From: Octopus sinensis
Taxonomy: Eukaryota
Direction: 5' to 3'
Assembly: GCF_006345805.1 (NCBI RefSeq)
Contig: NC_043014.1
Span: 20,832,001-20,896,000 of the forward strand
Length of the DNA: 64,000 nt
Part shown: positions 36,482-49,809 of the stretch, in pieces
Layout of the letters: every line of letters begins with the position of its first letter
Numbering within the stretch: position 1 is the stretch's first letter
Made by a program: the position numbers and the translations under genes
The notes under the pieces: model-generated
What the model saw: only the letters and a program-made list of their open reading frames with translations
Databases searched by the model: none
Told to the model about the DNA's origin: nothing

Positions 36482-37589
36482 GTTCTTAGCTCTACAACTA
36501 TCCTCGTAATACTATAGATACCTGATAACACTTGAACTGCTCTTATCTCAGCCACTACTATTGTACCATTGCAACCACCATCACCACATCTACTACTACC
36601 ACGACAACACCAGCCATCGCTGTATAAGTACAGACAGCACCACATCCGCTACTAATCCACCACAGTCACCAGCACATAACTACAACCACAATTTTACTAC
36701 CTCACTTACCACCGCCACCACCACCATTGTGACGACCAGCACACCAGTGCAAATAGCAATACCACACCACTGCAGCTACAACTACTATACGTACGAGCTA
36801 ACGTGGAAATCTCAGCATAGTCGCCCGACCTCGTAGAAACAGCAGCCAAATTCTCCCTCAAATTACGTCTGTACCGACCTTAAAAATGGACATTGGATAA
36901 TGTAGTCTAAAATAGGCTTATCTAACGGTAGAAAAAAAAGAAAAGAATGAATGAAAAAGGTATGGTCATTGCTTGAATGTCTTTGATCAAAGATCTGCTT
37001 GCTCAAGGTTGACCTAGGGCTCATCACCATATTGTTATAAACTACCATCGCGCTAATACTCCAACTAACACGCCGCTACAGCCGCCACCATCACCACCTA
37101 GCTAAACAAGAACAACAGCAACATTATAACTGCCAGCCCTAACACGCAACTGCAACTACCACCTCGCCACTTCAGCCATTGCCACACAAATGTTGCTACC
37201 ACCACACCACAACAAACAGCCACTTCAGTCACACCACTTCATACGCAAGCTTTTTAACTACCAATACAGTTGAGTCTTGAGAGTGGTGCGGTGACACTCA
37301 TTCGGGTCCTCAATGACGTTAAATGAAAACTACAAAGAATCGGCACTAAAACAAAAACTACAATAATAAACGAAGAAGAAGAGGTAGAAAGAGAGAACAA
37401 AAATGTATGAAACAAAGAAGTGAGATAGAAGGAAAGAGAAGAAGAAAGGAACAAAGAAAGAAGTGAAAGCGGAGGCAAGCAGCAGTGGTGGCAGTAGGGA
37501 GGGGGATAAAGAAGGAGAAGGTGGAGGAAGAGCAGATGGAAGAGGAAAAAACGAAAAACGAGCTGAATGAAGTACAGTAGAGTTGGAGG

Positions 37590-37989
37590 TAGAGTTGTTT
37601 CCCCCTTAGGTTGCTACCAACGCCACCTGCTTAGACCGGTTGACCGATCAACTCCCTTGTCATCACGTCATCCTTAACCGGGCGGCCAGACGGACAGTGA
37701 ATGAATCTAACACGGCTACATTACCACAAACAAACCACCCGGTCACAGTGATAACCATAAAAAAAATATTCCGTCACTTTAAGTTACTTGAAATTATTCG
37801 TCTTCTACGCCACAGTTTCTAAATTTCTGAGATAACAATTATAAAAGAAAAAGAAAAAAAACACAGCTTCAATTATCGGCCCCTGAGTGGGTTTTCTTTA
37901 GGACAGGTACAGAATTTAGTGGACACCGCCAGATGGCTTATGGAGTCGTGACTCTATTGAGCAGAATAACTTCAACGTTTGGATTGACT
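37590..37989 (+). promoter_or_regulatory. Putative promoter and first exon of the downstream ZNF gene
   Basis: Non-repetitive CpG-containing segment; CRE-like TCACGTCA at 37663; GC box GGGCGG at 37680; donor ACT|GTAAGT at 37990; CpG depletion starts just downstream. Confidence 0.45.
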
Positions 37990-39110
37990 GTAAGTATATA
38001 TATAATTGATGTATAAATCCACCTTTATATTTACTATATATATATTACAGTAAATATGTGTATGTATTTAAATATATATATATATATAGTACCAAGCCTC
38101 TAATTTTAACTGGGTTTCTATTAATGATGAAGATGTTTCATCTTTTGTGTGGTTGGTTTTGGTTTCTTCCTATTTTTATTTTGAGTTATACAAAGGCGAT
38201 ATGTGTGTTAGTCGATTTTGAAAAGTTATATAAAACATCAGCCAGCGGGATTGTCTCCTTGGATACATATATACATACCTACATTCATATATATATATAT
38301 ATATATTGTATAGATATTGACTATTGATGAACAGAGTTTGTATATGTTGACCACGGAAATCGATAGACCCAGTAAACATGTTCATTGTATAGACAAGCAC
38401 GGTGTCTGGCGGTTGACTGGATAAATAGATACAGTGTGTAGTGGTGGTTGTATAGATAGACTCTATAGACGTTGGTTATAGAGACATTCTTTGTGTAAAT
38501 ATTGACCATAGATAGGCTGAGGATATAGATTCTAACTGTACAAAGTATCTATGTGTAAAGATAGTATGTAACATAGTTGATGTTAGTTGGGCAGATTAGA
38601 TAGTGTTTAGAAGATACGTAAGTATCGAGTGTTTAGACAGATTGAGGATGTTAACTATATGGATACAATACGTACGTGTTAACTGGCTGAGTCACTATGT
38701 GTATATATACACCCTGCTTCTCTCTCAATGATATGTGATGCCATCATATTCATAATTGTAGCATCCGAGTTTTCTTTCTGATACAGGTTGGATAGGTTTG
38801 TTGCACATAATATCGTTTCCTTGATTGTGAAACCGTTTCTTCAAGGTTTAATATCTAGAAATCTGACTCTGACACTGTCTCAACTAGCTCCCAGTCAGAA
38901 TATGGTGTTTTTTCAACCATTTCTTAACACCCGGTGATATCATAACTCCATACCAGTGCAGAGATCTTACACATACATCAGCTTATGCTGTAATGTCCAC
39001 TCACTCTTCTTAAGTCTATTACAGATTCTACAGCATCTTTTGCATACCTATTGCTTGTACTGATTGCACATATTCAGCAAGTTACATCCCAGATGGTACA
39101 GGCTTATTAA

Positions 39111-39328
39111 CCCTTTCTACTTCAGAAAGCAGATATATCCCACTCAAGATTTTATTACTCGTAACTGCAGAAAGCAGCTTTCTGTACAAATCTATTTTTT
39201 CTTCATAAATGTCATGTTTGAAACTATTTTCTGTTAAGATATGTCAAGTTTATTGAAGCAGTATGACTTGCAGAAAATACCAATTCATCACTGGAACGAC
39301 TCTGAAATTTAATTTTGCAGTGAAAGGG
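39111..39328. mobile_element. piggyBac-type MITE, 218 bp
   Basis: TTAA|CCCTTTC ... GAAAGGG|TTAA. Confidence 0.7.
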
Positions 39329-39764
39329 TTAATTAGCATTTCGTCTTTGTTAAGTTGATCTTTAACCTCTAAAATTTTATTTTTTTAGTTCTTTGGCAAA
39401 TACTGCAAAGAAACTATTTCAACAAAAGCAGGAATATTTGCTGCTAAATTTAGCAGTGTAGAAGTTCTTTCAGTGATTTATGTGGTCTTTATTTTAAAGG
39501 GAAAAGGGAGCGTTTAGAAGATTTAGTTGTTAGATTGAGTGAGAATAGCAACATTATAGAATTTCCCTTGCTGGTTGGTGTTGTTATACTCCTTAATATA
39601 ATTAAGGATTGTTAATCATACCATCTCTCCTTTCTACCTTTTCTATTACGGCTACAATGGCCTCTTCTCCTGAATAAACTACTTACCCACCTCTGCTATC
39701 CTGGATCCAGTCATACCATCAGCTTTGTCTTTCATCACTGTGACTATATCTAATTTCCTATGTC

Positions 39765-40690
39765 ATCATTTCTGTTTCGACTTGGTTTCTATGACTTGAT
39801 GCCCTTCTAACCACTTTACAAAGTGTACTGGATGCTTTTTATGTGGCACCATCACCAGTGCTTTTTACATGTCACCTTGGTTTTAGGATATAAATTCTGC
39901 TGTGATAGTGGATCTTCTTGAGTACAGCAATTAGTCACATATTTCAGTCCACTGTCATCTCCTTCGTAAGGCTCAGTGTTTAGAGATCAGCCTTCAGTAG
40001 TCCATCCCATATCTACCTGGGTCTCCCTCTTCCATAACTTCCCTCCACTTTAAGTGATTGGCACTTTATGCAACTGACCTCATCCATCTATATCACATCA
40101 CCAAACCAGCACAGTCTCATCTCTTGCACACTTCATATAATTCTTCTTATGCTCAATTTTTCTCTCAAAACACAGATGTTCTGTCACACATGTACACTGA
40201 CATTGCACATCCAGTGGAACATACCAGCTTTGTTGCTGTCTAGTCTTTGCATGTCATCAGGGCCCATGTTTCATTATCATGTAGCATTGCAGTTCATACA
40301 CATGTGTCACACAATCTTCCTTTCACTCAGAGAGAGGGACTTTTGGTTGCTAACAGATGAAAGCTCTTTGAACTTTTTCCATCTTATTCTTGTTCTAGCA
40401 CTTTCTGTACAACTTCCTCCACTGCTAATTAAGTTGCCTAGGTAGCAGAAATTATCTACAACTTCTAGAGTGTCTCTGAGACATTTGAGGGAATTTGTAG
40501 TCTTTATAGCATCTTGTACATCTACCACATACAAACACTACTTTCATGCTAAACTATGAAAATAGCATCAGTGGTACTTCTCCACAGGACAAAATCAAAC
40601 TGCATTTCATCTAATTTTGTTCCTAATTAACTAGGCTGTAACTCTCTCCTCAACTTTCATCCTCTGGTCCAGTAACTTGATGCTGTATGA
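39765..40690 (-). mobile_element. RTE LINE 3' fragment, decayed and internally deleted
   Basis: LEVVDNFCYLGNLISSGGSCTESARTRIRWKKFKEL matches the 47.3-48.8 kb RTE ORF. The 3' UTR motif GGTGCTTTTTA.GTG is present. Confidence 0.8.
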
Positions 40691-41279
40691 AACACTTCAT
40701 TCTATTTTTCTTCCCCAGAATTACAGACTTCAGAAATTCCTTCCCTTGCCTCACATTTTGCCAGGAGATGTCATGCTACAGTTATTTAAAGTTAAACATT
40801 AACCATAGAAATCTCTTCTGTCATGATGACCCTTTGTTTTATTATATACATCATCAGCCTTTAACTTCACAAAACTCCACATCTCTGAGGTTGTTCAAGA
40901 GCGCCAAAACCAGCAGAGGACAGTGGAGCAGGGATTGAGTTTTGATCTGGAACCATTGACCCTCACAAGATAAAGATGGTGGTGGTGATGAGGGGCAAGA
41001 TGCCACATGATAGTGTATTGATAAGCAAACAAGCAAACGGTAATAGTAATGATTTTTGTGATGATGATGATAGTTGTGGTGGTAGTGTTAATGATGACAG
41101 TAGTGATAGTTGTGATGACAAGGAATGGATGTTGCTGTGTCCTGTCTTTATTCCAAATCCAAACTCCACTTGACTGATAGAGAGAAGCCAGAATATGACT
41201 GAAAGTTTACCCTTCATCTCATTGCATGCCACAGACATCTCTGAATAGGTTTGGTGTTGCTCTTCATAAATCAGTCTTT

Positions 41280-42460
41280 CCAGTTGCTGATATTATCAAC
41301 CTGGAGAAAGCTTTTGACTGAGTCCCATGCTCTGTTATCTGTTAGGAGTAGATGAGTGGATTGGTAGAGCTGTACAAGCCATGTACAGCAGTGTTAGCAG
41401 GGTGAGAGTTGGCCATGAATACAGTGATAAAGCATACATGTAGGGGTCCACCAGGGCTCAGTTCTCAGTTCACTATTATTAATCATCATCTTCCAGGCCA
41501 TAACAGAAATTCAAAATGGGATACCTGTGGGAACTAGTATATGCTGATGACCTTGCTCTTGTTACAGAATCTATAGCAGAATTGGAGAAATTCCTGTTAT
41601 GGAAGCAAAGCCTGAAAGTTAACCTAGTGAAGACAAAAGTTGTTAGCAAGAAAGTAGATAAGACTTTCTTACCATCAGGTAAATGGCTCTGCCAAATATG
41701 TAGAAAAGGAATTGGAAGTGATTCCATTCCCTGCACCCAGTGGAATCACAAATAGATTAACAGATAAAGTTGTCTTTGTATGTGGCAGAGGTGCAGGTGC
41801 AATAAGCACTAAGGTCACACAGGAATTAGACTCTCCCAAATGTCCAGGTGGCTCTCTTGAGATTGTGGATAGTTTCTGTTACTTAGGTGACCAAATTAGC
41901 AATGGTGGAGGATGTTCTGAAAGTATTTTTCCCAGAATAAGAATAGGATGGAGGAAGTTCAGAGAGCTATTACCTCTGTTGGCAACAAAAGGACTCTCTC
42001 TTAGATTGAAAGGTAGATTCTAAGATGCTTGTGTATGAATGGCTATAATCACTCCATGGTAGTGAGACATGGGCTCTGAATGTAAAAGGCATGCATAGAT
42101 TTGAGAGGAATGAAGGTAGTATGCTCTGTTAGATGTGCAATGTCAGTATGCACATACAACATAAGTGCAAATGTATTGAAAGAAAAGTTGGGAATAAGAG
42201 GAACCAGATGCAGCATGCAAGAAAGCAGACTGCGTTGGTTTGGACATGTGATGGGTATAAATGAAGACAGCTGTATAAAGAAATGCTGATCACAGAGAGT
42301 GGATGACACCAGTGAAAGAGGGAGGCCCAGGAAGACATGGGATGAAGTGGTGAGGACTGATCTCAGGATGTTGAGCCTCACAGAAGAGATGACAATGGAC
42401 CAAGATATCTGGCAATATGAGGTTCTCGAGAAGACCCACCAACTTCAGTTTTAGATGCAT
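41280..42460 (+). mobile_element. RTE LINE RT/C-terminal fragment, decayed
   Basis: NLEKAFD, WELVYADDLAL, WLCQICRKGIG, LEIVDSFCYLGDQIS and RLRWFGHV, with frameshifts. Confidence 0.85.
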
Positions 42461-43143
42461 TGTGGGTTCCATCCACATGTAACAACAATGAAACTTTTCC
42501 CACCCAACAAACCAAACCATATCTCTCTTCTCCTCTTCCTCACAGTTTCTCTTTCTATGCGCTATGCTTAAGATTATTTCTTGCTTGCCGATCCTGTCCT
42601 CACTGTCGTGCTCACTCTACCAGTGCTATCCTGTTGACTCCCACCCACTCTGTATGCCCAGGTTTTACCAATCACTGCATTCCTCATCCTCACACTCTTT
42701 GCATTCATGTAAAGTCTCTACTCCCTACCCATGCACTTTGGCAATACCCTACCATTTATATTCTGACCCCATATCTTGAGGGTATGCCCTTCCACTTTAC
42801 CACCACTTATCTCTCCCTTGCTCTAGTCTATCATCCCATTTATATTCTGATCCCCATTCCTTTTAAGTATATCCTGGCACTTCACTATTTTTCCCCTGCT
42901 TTCTTTCACTCTCTCTTTCCCTTGCTCTCTCCCTCTGACTGGTATCTCCTCTACAGCAACACACCTGTTCCTGACTTAGTCTTTCTCTCTCTCTGTGACA
43001 TGTACTTCCTCTACAGCAAGACACCTGTTTCTGTCTCTTTGTCACATTAACCTTTCATCATCTGCCAGTGCCCCATCCCCTGAGCACTCATTATCACTGT
43101 TTAATATTAGAGTATATTTATATATATATATATATATATATAT

Positions 43144-43540
43144 AGGTGCAGGCATGGCTGTGTGGTAAGAAGTTTACTTCCCAACCACATGGTTCTGGGT
43201 TCAGTCCCACTGCATGGCACCTTGGGCAAGTGTCTTCTACTATAGCCTCAGGCTGACCAAAGCCTTGTGAATGGATTTGGTAGATAAAAACTGAAAGAAA
43301 CCCTTTGTATATATATATGTGTGTGTGTGTGTGTGTATCTTTGTGTATGTGTTTGACACCCACTACCAATTGACAACTGGTAATGGTGTGCTAATGTCCT
43401 CATAACTTAGCAGTTTGGTAAAAGATACTGATAGAATAAGTATCAGGCTTCAAAAATAAGTACTGGGGTCAATTAGTTCAACTAAAATTCCTCAAGGTGG
43501 TGCCCCAGCATGGCCACAGTCTAATGAGTAAAGCAAACGA
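43144..43540 (+). mobile_element. SINE family A (CpG-decayed)
   Basis: Same layout as the 16021 copy, with CG changed to TG/CA (GCCTCAGGCTGACC versus GCCTCGGGCCGACC). Confidence 0.9.
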
Positions 43541-44119
43541 ATATATATACTGTTAAGAAGTTTGTTTTGCAATTGTGGGACAGGATCCTAGATTTGATCC
43601 TACTGCGTATTGTTTAAGGTAAATGTCATTTGTCATGACCTTAGGTCAACCTAAGCATTGTGGGTGAATTCAGGTATACAAACTGTTTGGAAGCTTCCTG
43701 ATGGATTGAACCTGTGATTCAAAGGTCCATTCTTGTAACACTTTATCTTACTCTGATTCTGCCTGAGAATTACATTAAGTGGAATACCTTACCACATGTA
43801 CCTTAATTCAATGTGTCAGTAGTTCACTTAATCAAATAACTAAATATTCATTATCAAAATCAACAGAGATCCATTTGCATGTGTGTTTCTCAGTGTATAT
43901 GTGTATTACACAAGTACATTGTCTCCAATTTGCTCTCAATGTGTGACATTGAGCAAGTGTCTACTACAGTTGACTAGTACTCAATGAAATATGATAGCCT
44001 GAAAGTATAGAAGCCTGCTTGAAGGACACTTGTATGGCAGTCTTAATCTGCCACCTAATTAGAAATGGCAATGGTTACAGATTTTCCTCTTCTTGCTAAT
44101 TATTAAGACATGAAGAAGG

Positions 44120-44395
44120 CCTCTCTCTAGACACTGAGCCTTACAAAGGAGATGACTAAGGACTAAGATTTCTGGCAAATTGCTCTACTCAGGAAGACCT
44201 GTCCATCACAGCAGAATTGATACTGGAGCTGGTGCTACATAAAATTCACCCAGTACACTTTGTGGAGTGGTTGGCATTAGGAACAGTATCCAGCCATAGA
44301 AGCCATACCAGAACAGACAATGGATCCTGGGGTGGCCCCTGGCCAGTCAAACCTTCTAACTCATGCCAGCATGGAAAATGGATGTTCAATGATGA
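44120..44395 (+). mobile_element. RTE 3' end remnant
   Basis: CTGAGCCTTACAAAGGAGATGAC...GGCATTAGGAA...CCAGCATGGAAAATGGATGTTCAATGATGATG. Confidence 0.6.
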
Positions 44396-46474
44396 TGTCT
44401 TATTAAAACTATACTTTACAGTATCTTTATTATTCCTTAATATTTTATTTAGAATAATATATTTCTTTAGTCATTCAGCCTTCCAAGATCTTTCTTGTTT
44501 TAAGAAATGGATTTCTGTTGACATTGATCAAACTCAATGTCTTTCAAGGTTAATTATGCCTATGGCCACTGCCCCTCATGCTGTGGCCATTTGATGGTTA
44601 TACATTCATCTGCCCTTAAAGCACAAGCAGCTCTAAAAACTTCATTTGAGATCCATAGTAATAATCCTTAACTTGAAAAAGCCTGTCTGTTGATTAAATT
44701 CAACCTTAGTGCTTGACTGATATTTTATTTCATTGACACTGGAAGAATGAAAGGCAAAGTTGACCTCAGTGGGATTTGAACTCAAAACATAAAAGACTCA
44801 TTTCTGATGTTATGATTGTATCAACTGGTTTCTATGGTGTTTATTGTAGGTGAGTCTCTGGACTTTATAGTTTCTGAGTGCATTGATTTATTGAATCAAT
44901 CAGAAATAAATTGTGCCATGGTGTCTGATCTTTTTTTTTTCTTTTTTTCTTCTTGTTTTTTTTTTTTTATGAATCCCTTATTTGGGATGGCATAATGTTC
45001 TTCCCTGATCTATTTTCTCTCCTTGGATTTCTATCTCCTCTAAACAGTTTTTTTGCCTTTTTTTTTTCTTTTGTCAAATCTTCATTGTTAATCATTATCT
45101 AAAGTTTCTCTGGCACTTTTTTGAGTACTTTCTTTACTAGAGGTCTGAAATGCTTGTATTCTGTATGAAACCCTTCAATAATCTCTTTAATTCATGTGAC
45201 TGTATAATCTAGGGTTTCTTATGCAAAACATTTGAGGGCTTTGATGATGTCAGTCAGGTTCAACAATACTGCTTTTTCCTAAAGTTTTCAAAGGCAGGAT
45301 ATCACTTGTGAGTGACACAAGGACAACAGTAGAGCTGGCTGCAGTTGAAGCCATACTAGTAACCACTGACGATGGGAAGTGACTGGCCATGACAGCTTCC
45401 ACAGTACTTGATTAACTAGTGCTTTTTCTAGAAACTTAAAAGTGTCAGAGTTAGATAAAATTACAAACATATACCTTTAAATACCTGGTACTTCTAAGAA
45501 TCACTCCACTCAACACTGTAGGCAACTGCTTCTATCAGCTATGTCAAGTTCCTAGAATCTAAAAACTGAGCAAATTCATAGCATTTCTAAAACCCTAAAA
45601 AAACCCAAATGAAGTAACATCATTCTATGGATAATCTCCATAGTTTTAAAACACTCATCCATGACCATACTCACCAAACCATTACATTCAACCACCACAC
45701 GCACAAGGTACATGACACCTTCAAAAAAACTCCTCTCCCATTTGCCATTCTAACTGCCATCAATATTACTAAACTTCCAGAACTTAAATCTCCAGATTGT
45801 TATATCACTGGGATCCATCCTCATACTCTTTTCAATGTAGACCTACATGGCCTTCCAACATTTCCCCCAAAAGACAAACAACTTCAGGCACAGATACCAT
45901 CATAATCATAATCTCCCACTCCTCCCCATTATACTACAACATTAAAAGAATTACCTCTAGACCTATGGATATTTAAAGATACATTCCTATCATTCAGGAA
46001 CAGATTTAGGTTTCGCAAATTCTGTCTCACGGAGGAACATCACATTCTCTACTACGACAATCTTGAACAAAATGTCTCAGTTACCTCTACTATCTACCAT
46101 ATGCCAAAGTTTCTTCTGATTATCTTCAAAACAGAACCATCTCCAGACAGAAAGAACTCAACATCATAGATCATATGACCAATCAAAAGCATCCAATGCT
46201 TTCTAATGTCCTGAACAATCATTTTATTGTCTCTTATTTAAATTCACTGATGAATGCTATTTACCTCTATACAATTCATTCTTATTTTTATGTCCACTTC
46301 TTCCTTGCTGGCATTAGTTGGACAAGATTTTTTGAAGCAATTCTTCAGCTGAATGCTTTTTCTGAACCAACTCTTATTTTCTTTACTAGACAACAAACCA
46401 CTCTCAAATATTTTGCTTCTGGGAGATATAATGTCACTGCTATCTAAGTTTGAAGACAAATACATACACATAGA

Positions 46475-46655
46475 TGCAGGCGTGGTTGTGTGGTAAGTAG
46501 CTTGCTTACTAACCACATGGTTCCGGGGTTCAGTCCCACTGCACAGCACTTTGGGCAAGTGTCTTCTACTATAGCCACGGGTCGACCAAAGCTTTGTGAG
46601 TGGATTTGGTAGACAGAGACTGAAAGAAGCCCATTGTATATATATATATATATAT
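46475..46655 (+). mobile_element. SINE family A, 5' half (split by RTE insertion)
   Basis: Head through ACTGAAAGAAGCCCATTG and (TA)n. The 3' half resumes at about 48870. Confidence 0.85.
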
Positions 46656-46660
46656 ATATA

Positions 46661-48866
46661 TCATCATCATCGTTTAGCGTCCGCTTTCCATGCTAGCATG
46701 GGTTGGACGGTTCAACTTGGGTCTGGGAAGCCAGAAGGCTGCACCAGGCCCAGTTTGATCTGGCAATGTTTCTACGGCTGGATGCCCTTCCTAACGCCAA
46801 CCACTCCATGAGTGTAGTGGGTGCTTTTTACGTGCCACCGGCACAGGTGCCAGACGTGTCTGGCAAACGGCCACGATCGGATGGTGCTTTTTATGTGCCA
46901 CCGGCACGGGGGCCAGGCGAGGCTGGCAACGGCCACGAACGAATGGTGCTTTTTACGTGCCACCGGCACGAGGCCAGTCGGGGCGGCGCTGGCAACGGCC
47001 ACGTTCGGATGGTTCTCTTATGTGCCACTGGCACTGATAACTCAGCTGCAATTTCCATTGATCGATTTCAATTCTGTTTCTCACTTGCCTCAACAGGTCT
47101 TCACAAGTAGAGTTTTGTGTCCCAAAAAGGGAAGGTATGCATAAGTGGGCTGGCTACATCCCATGTAGAAGGCCACGGGTTATGGTCTCACTTGTCCTGC
47201 CGGGTCTTCTCACACACAGCATACTTCCAGAGGTCTCGGTCTCTAATTTGAAGGTCGTGCTTCACCACCTCGTCCCAGGTTTACCTGGGTCTGCCTCTTC
47301 CACAGGTTCCCTCAACCACTAGGGTGTGGCACTTTTTCACGCAACTATCTTCATCCATTCTCGCCACATGTCCATACCAGCGCAATCGTCTCTCTTGCAT
47401 ACCACATCTGATGCTTCTTAGGTCCAGCTTTTCTCTCAAGGTACTTACACTCTGTTGAGTATGAATACTGACATTACACATCCATCGGAGCATACTGGCT
47501 TCATTTCTTGCGAGCTTACGCATATCCTCGGCAGTCACGGCCCATGTTTCACTGCCATGTAGCATGGCTGTTCGTACACATACGTCATACAGTCTGCCTT
47601 TTACTCTGAGCAAGAGGCCTTTTGTCACCAGCAGAGGTAAGAGCTCTCTGAACTTTGCCCAAGCTATTCTTACTCTAGCAGTTACACTTTCAGCACACCC
47701 GCCCCCGCTGCTGACTTGATCACCTAGGTAACGGAAGCTATCAACTATTTCTAGTTTTTCTCCCTGGAAAGTGACAGAAGTTGGTCTCAGAGCATTTTCA
47801 GTGTTTATTGTTCCTGAGCATCTGCCACATACAAAAACCATCTTCCTAGTTAGCCTTCCTTTGACATTGCTGCACCTCTTATGTGTCCATAGCTTACACT
47901 TGGTGCATCTTATAGAGTTTCTACCTACACCTTTTCTACAGATCGAGCAGGGCCATCTACCTGAAGGCGTTTGTGATTTGTCTACCTTCCTACTTATTAG
48001 GACTTTGGTTTTAGCTAGATTGACTCTAAGGCCCTTCAATTCTAATCCTTGCTTCCACACCTGAAACTTCTCCTCCAGTTCTGATAGTGACTCAGCAATT
48101 AGAGCAAGGTCATCAGCATAGAGGAGCTCCCAAGGGCATCCTGTCTTGAATTCCTCCGTTATTACCTGGAGGACTATGATAAATAGGAGGGGGCTGAGGA
48201 CTGAGCCTTGGTGGACCCCTACCTCTACCCGGAATTCTTCACTGTACTCGTTGCCAACCCTCACCTTACTAGCAGCGTCCCTGTACATGGCTCGCACAGC
48301 TCTCACTAACCATTCATCTATCCCTAGTTTCCTCATTGACCACCAGATAAGGAATCGGAGGACCCTGTCGAAGGCTTTCTCCATATCAACAAAAGCCAGG
48401 TACAGGGGCTTATCTTTGGCTAGGTATTTCTCCTGCAGCTGCCTTACCAGGAATATAGCATCAGTGGTACTTTTCCCTGGCACGAACCCAAACTGCATCT
48501 CATCTAAACTAACTCTCTCTCTAATTAGTTGGGCTATGACCCTCTCCGTAACCTTCATCACCTGATCCAACAGCTTGGTACCTCTGTAATTATTTGTATC
48601 TAGGGCGTCACCTTTACCTTTGTAGCAGTTGACTATTATGCTGCTACACCAGTCATTGGGTATGACTGCTTCGTGTATCACCTGATTAACTATACGGGTG
48701 ACTAGGCTATAGCCGACACTACTAGATATTTTGAGCATCTCTGCAGTGATTCCTGATGGGCCTGGGGCTTTCCCTGTCTTCATGCTTCTAATTGCCTTAA
48801 CTACCAAGGAACTGTCAACTCAGATAGCTGGTCCCTCTGTTGGGTCAACATTCGACAGACTCTCTT
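46661..48866 (-). mobile_element. Young 5'-truncated RTE-clade LINE, ~2.2 kb
   Basis: 508-codon reading frame 47281-48807 with RT motifs (KAPGPSGI, QFGFVPGKST, FVDMEKAFD, GVHQGSVLSP, YADD, FRYLG, RLRWYGHV). No ATG start; premature TAA at 47281 before KTWDEVV; (ATG)n tail. Confidence 0.95.
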
Positions 48867-48869
48867 TAT

Positions 48870-49110
48870 ATATACATATATATAAATATATGTGTGTGTA
48901 TGCATGTGTCTGTGTTTGTCCCCCCTCCCCATCATCACTTGATAACTGATGTTGATGTGTTTATGTCCCCGTATCTTAGTGGTTCGGCAAAAGAGATCGA
49001 TAGAATAAGTACTAGGCTTACAAAGAATAAATCCTGGGATCGATTTGTTCGACTAAAGGCGGTGCTCCGGCATGGCCACAGTCAAATGACTGAAACAAAT
49101 AAGAAAATAA
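48870..49110 (+). mobile_element. SINE family A, 3' half
   Basis: GTGTCTGTGTTTGTCCCC...GGCGGTGCTCCGGCATGGCCACAGTCAAATGACTGAAAC. Confidence 0.85.
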
Positions 49111-49130
49111 TATATACATACATACACATA

Positions 49131-49435
49131 TATCCTCGTGACCGACCAGGCTATCAGATGTTGCTACACATTGCTGGTCACAATGCGCTTCGCATTGTTT
49201 TAGCCTTCAAATGACGCCATCCCGCTGGCTAAGCGAGCAGGCCAACAGAAGAAAGAGTGAGAGAAAGTTGTGGCGAAAGAGTACAGCAGGGATCACCCCC
49301 CCCCCTGCAGGAGCCTTGTGGAGCTTTAGGTGTTTTCGCTCAATAAACACTCACAACGCCCGGTTTGGGAATCGAACCTGCGATCCTACGACCGTGAGTC
49401 TGCTGCCCTAACCACTGGGCCATTGCACCTCTACA
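49131..49435 (-). mobile_element. tRNA-derived SINE, family D
   Basis: Minus strand GAGGTGCAATGGCCCAGTGGTTAGGGCAGC (A box)...GCAGGTTCGATTCCC (B box), then a unique body. Confidence 0.8.
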
Positions 49436-49479
49436 TATATATATACACACACATACACACACACACACATATATATATG

Positions 49480-49670
49480 CCAGACACTAGTGTCACGTAA
49501 ATGGCACATAAAAGCACCCATTACACTCTGAGTGGTTGGCATTAGGAAGGACATCCAGCCATAGAAAACCATGCCTAATCAGACCGGAGTCTGGTGCAGC
49601 TTTCCCGCTTACCAACCCTGGTCAAACCATCCAACCCATCCAGCATGGACAATGGATGTTAAATGATGAT
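49480..49670 (+). mobile_element. RTE-type 3' tail fragment
   Basis: CACGTAAATGGCAC...GGTTGGCATTAGGAAGGACATCCAGCC...CCAGCATGGACAATGGATGTTAAATGATGATG. Confidence 0.65.
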
Positions 49671-49809
49671 GAATATATATATGTATATATATACACACGC
49701 ATACATGTATGTGTACTAGTGTACCTGTGCTGTCAAAAATCTGGCATTTAAAAAAATAAGCTGAAACTGTTATTTAATAAATACATTGACATAACACACA
49801 TTCCATATA

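Noticed and set aside
45600-46220. FRFRKFCLTEEH resembling the FGFR..RST RT motif
   Set aside because: A single weak motif with no other RT blocks recognised; possibly an old LINE, left uncalled.
47281-48807. 508-aa ORF as a functional or domesticated reverse transcriptase
   Set aside because: No ATG or endonuclease, 5' truncated, an upstream TGA, a premature TAA and a small C-terminal deletion: a young dead copy.
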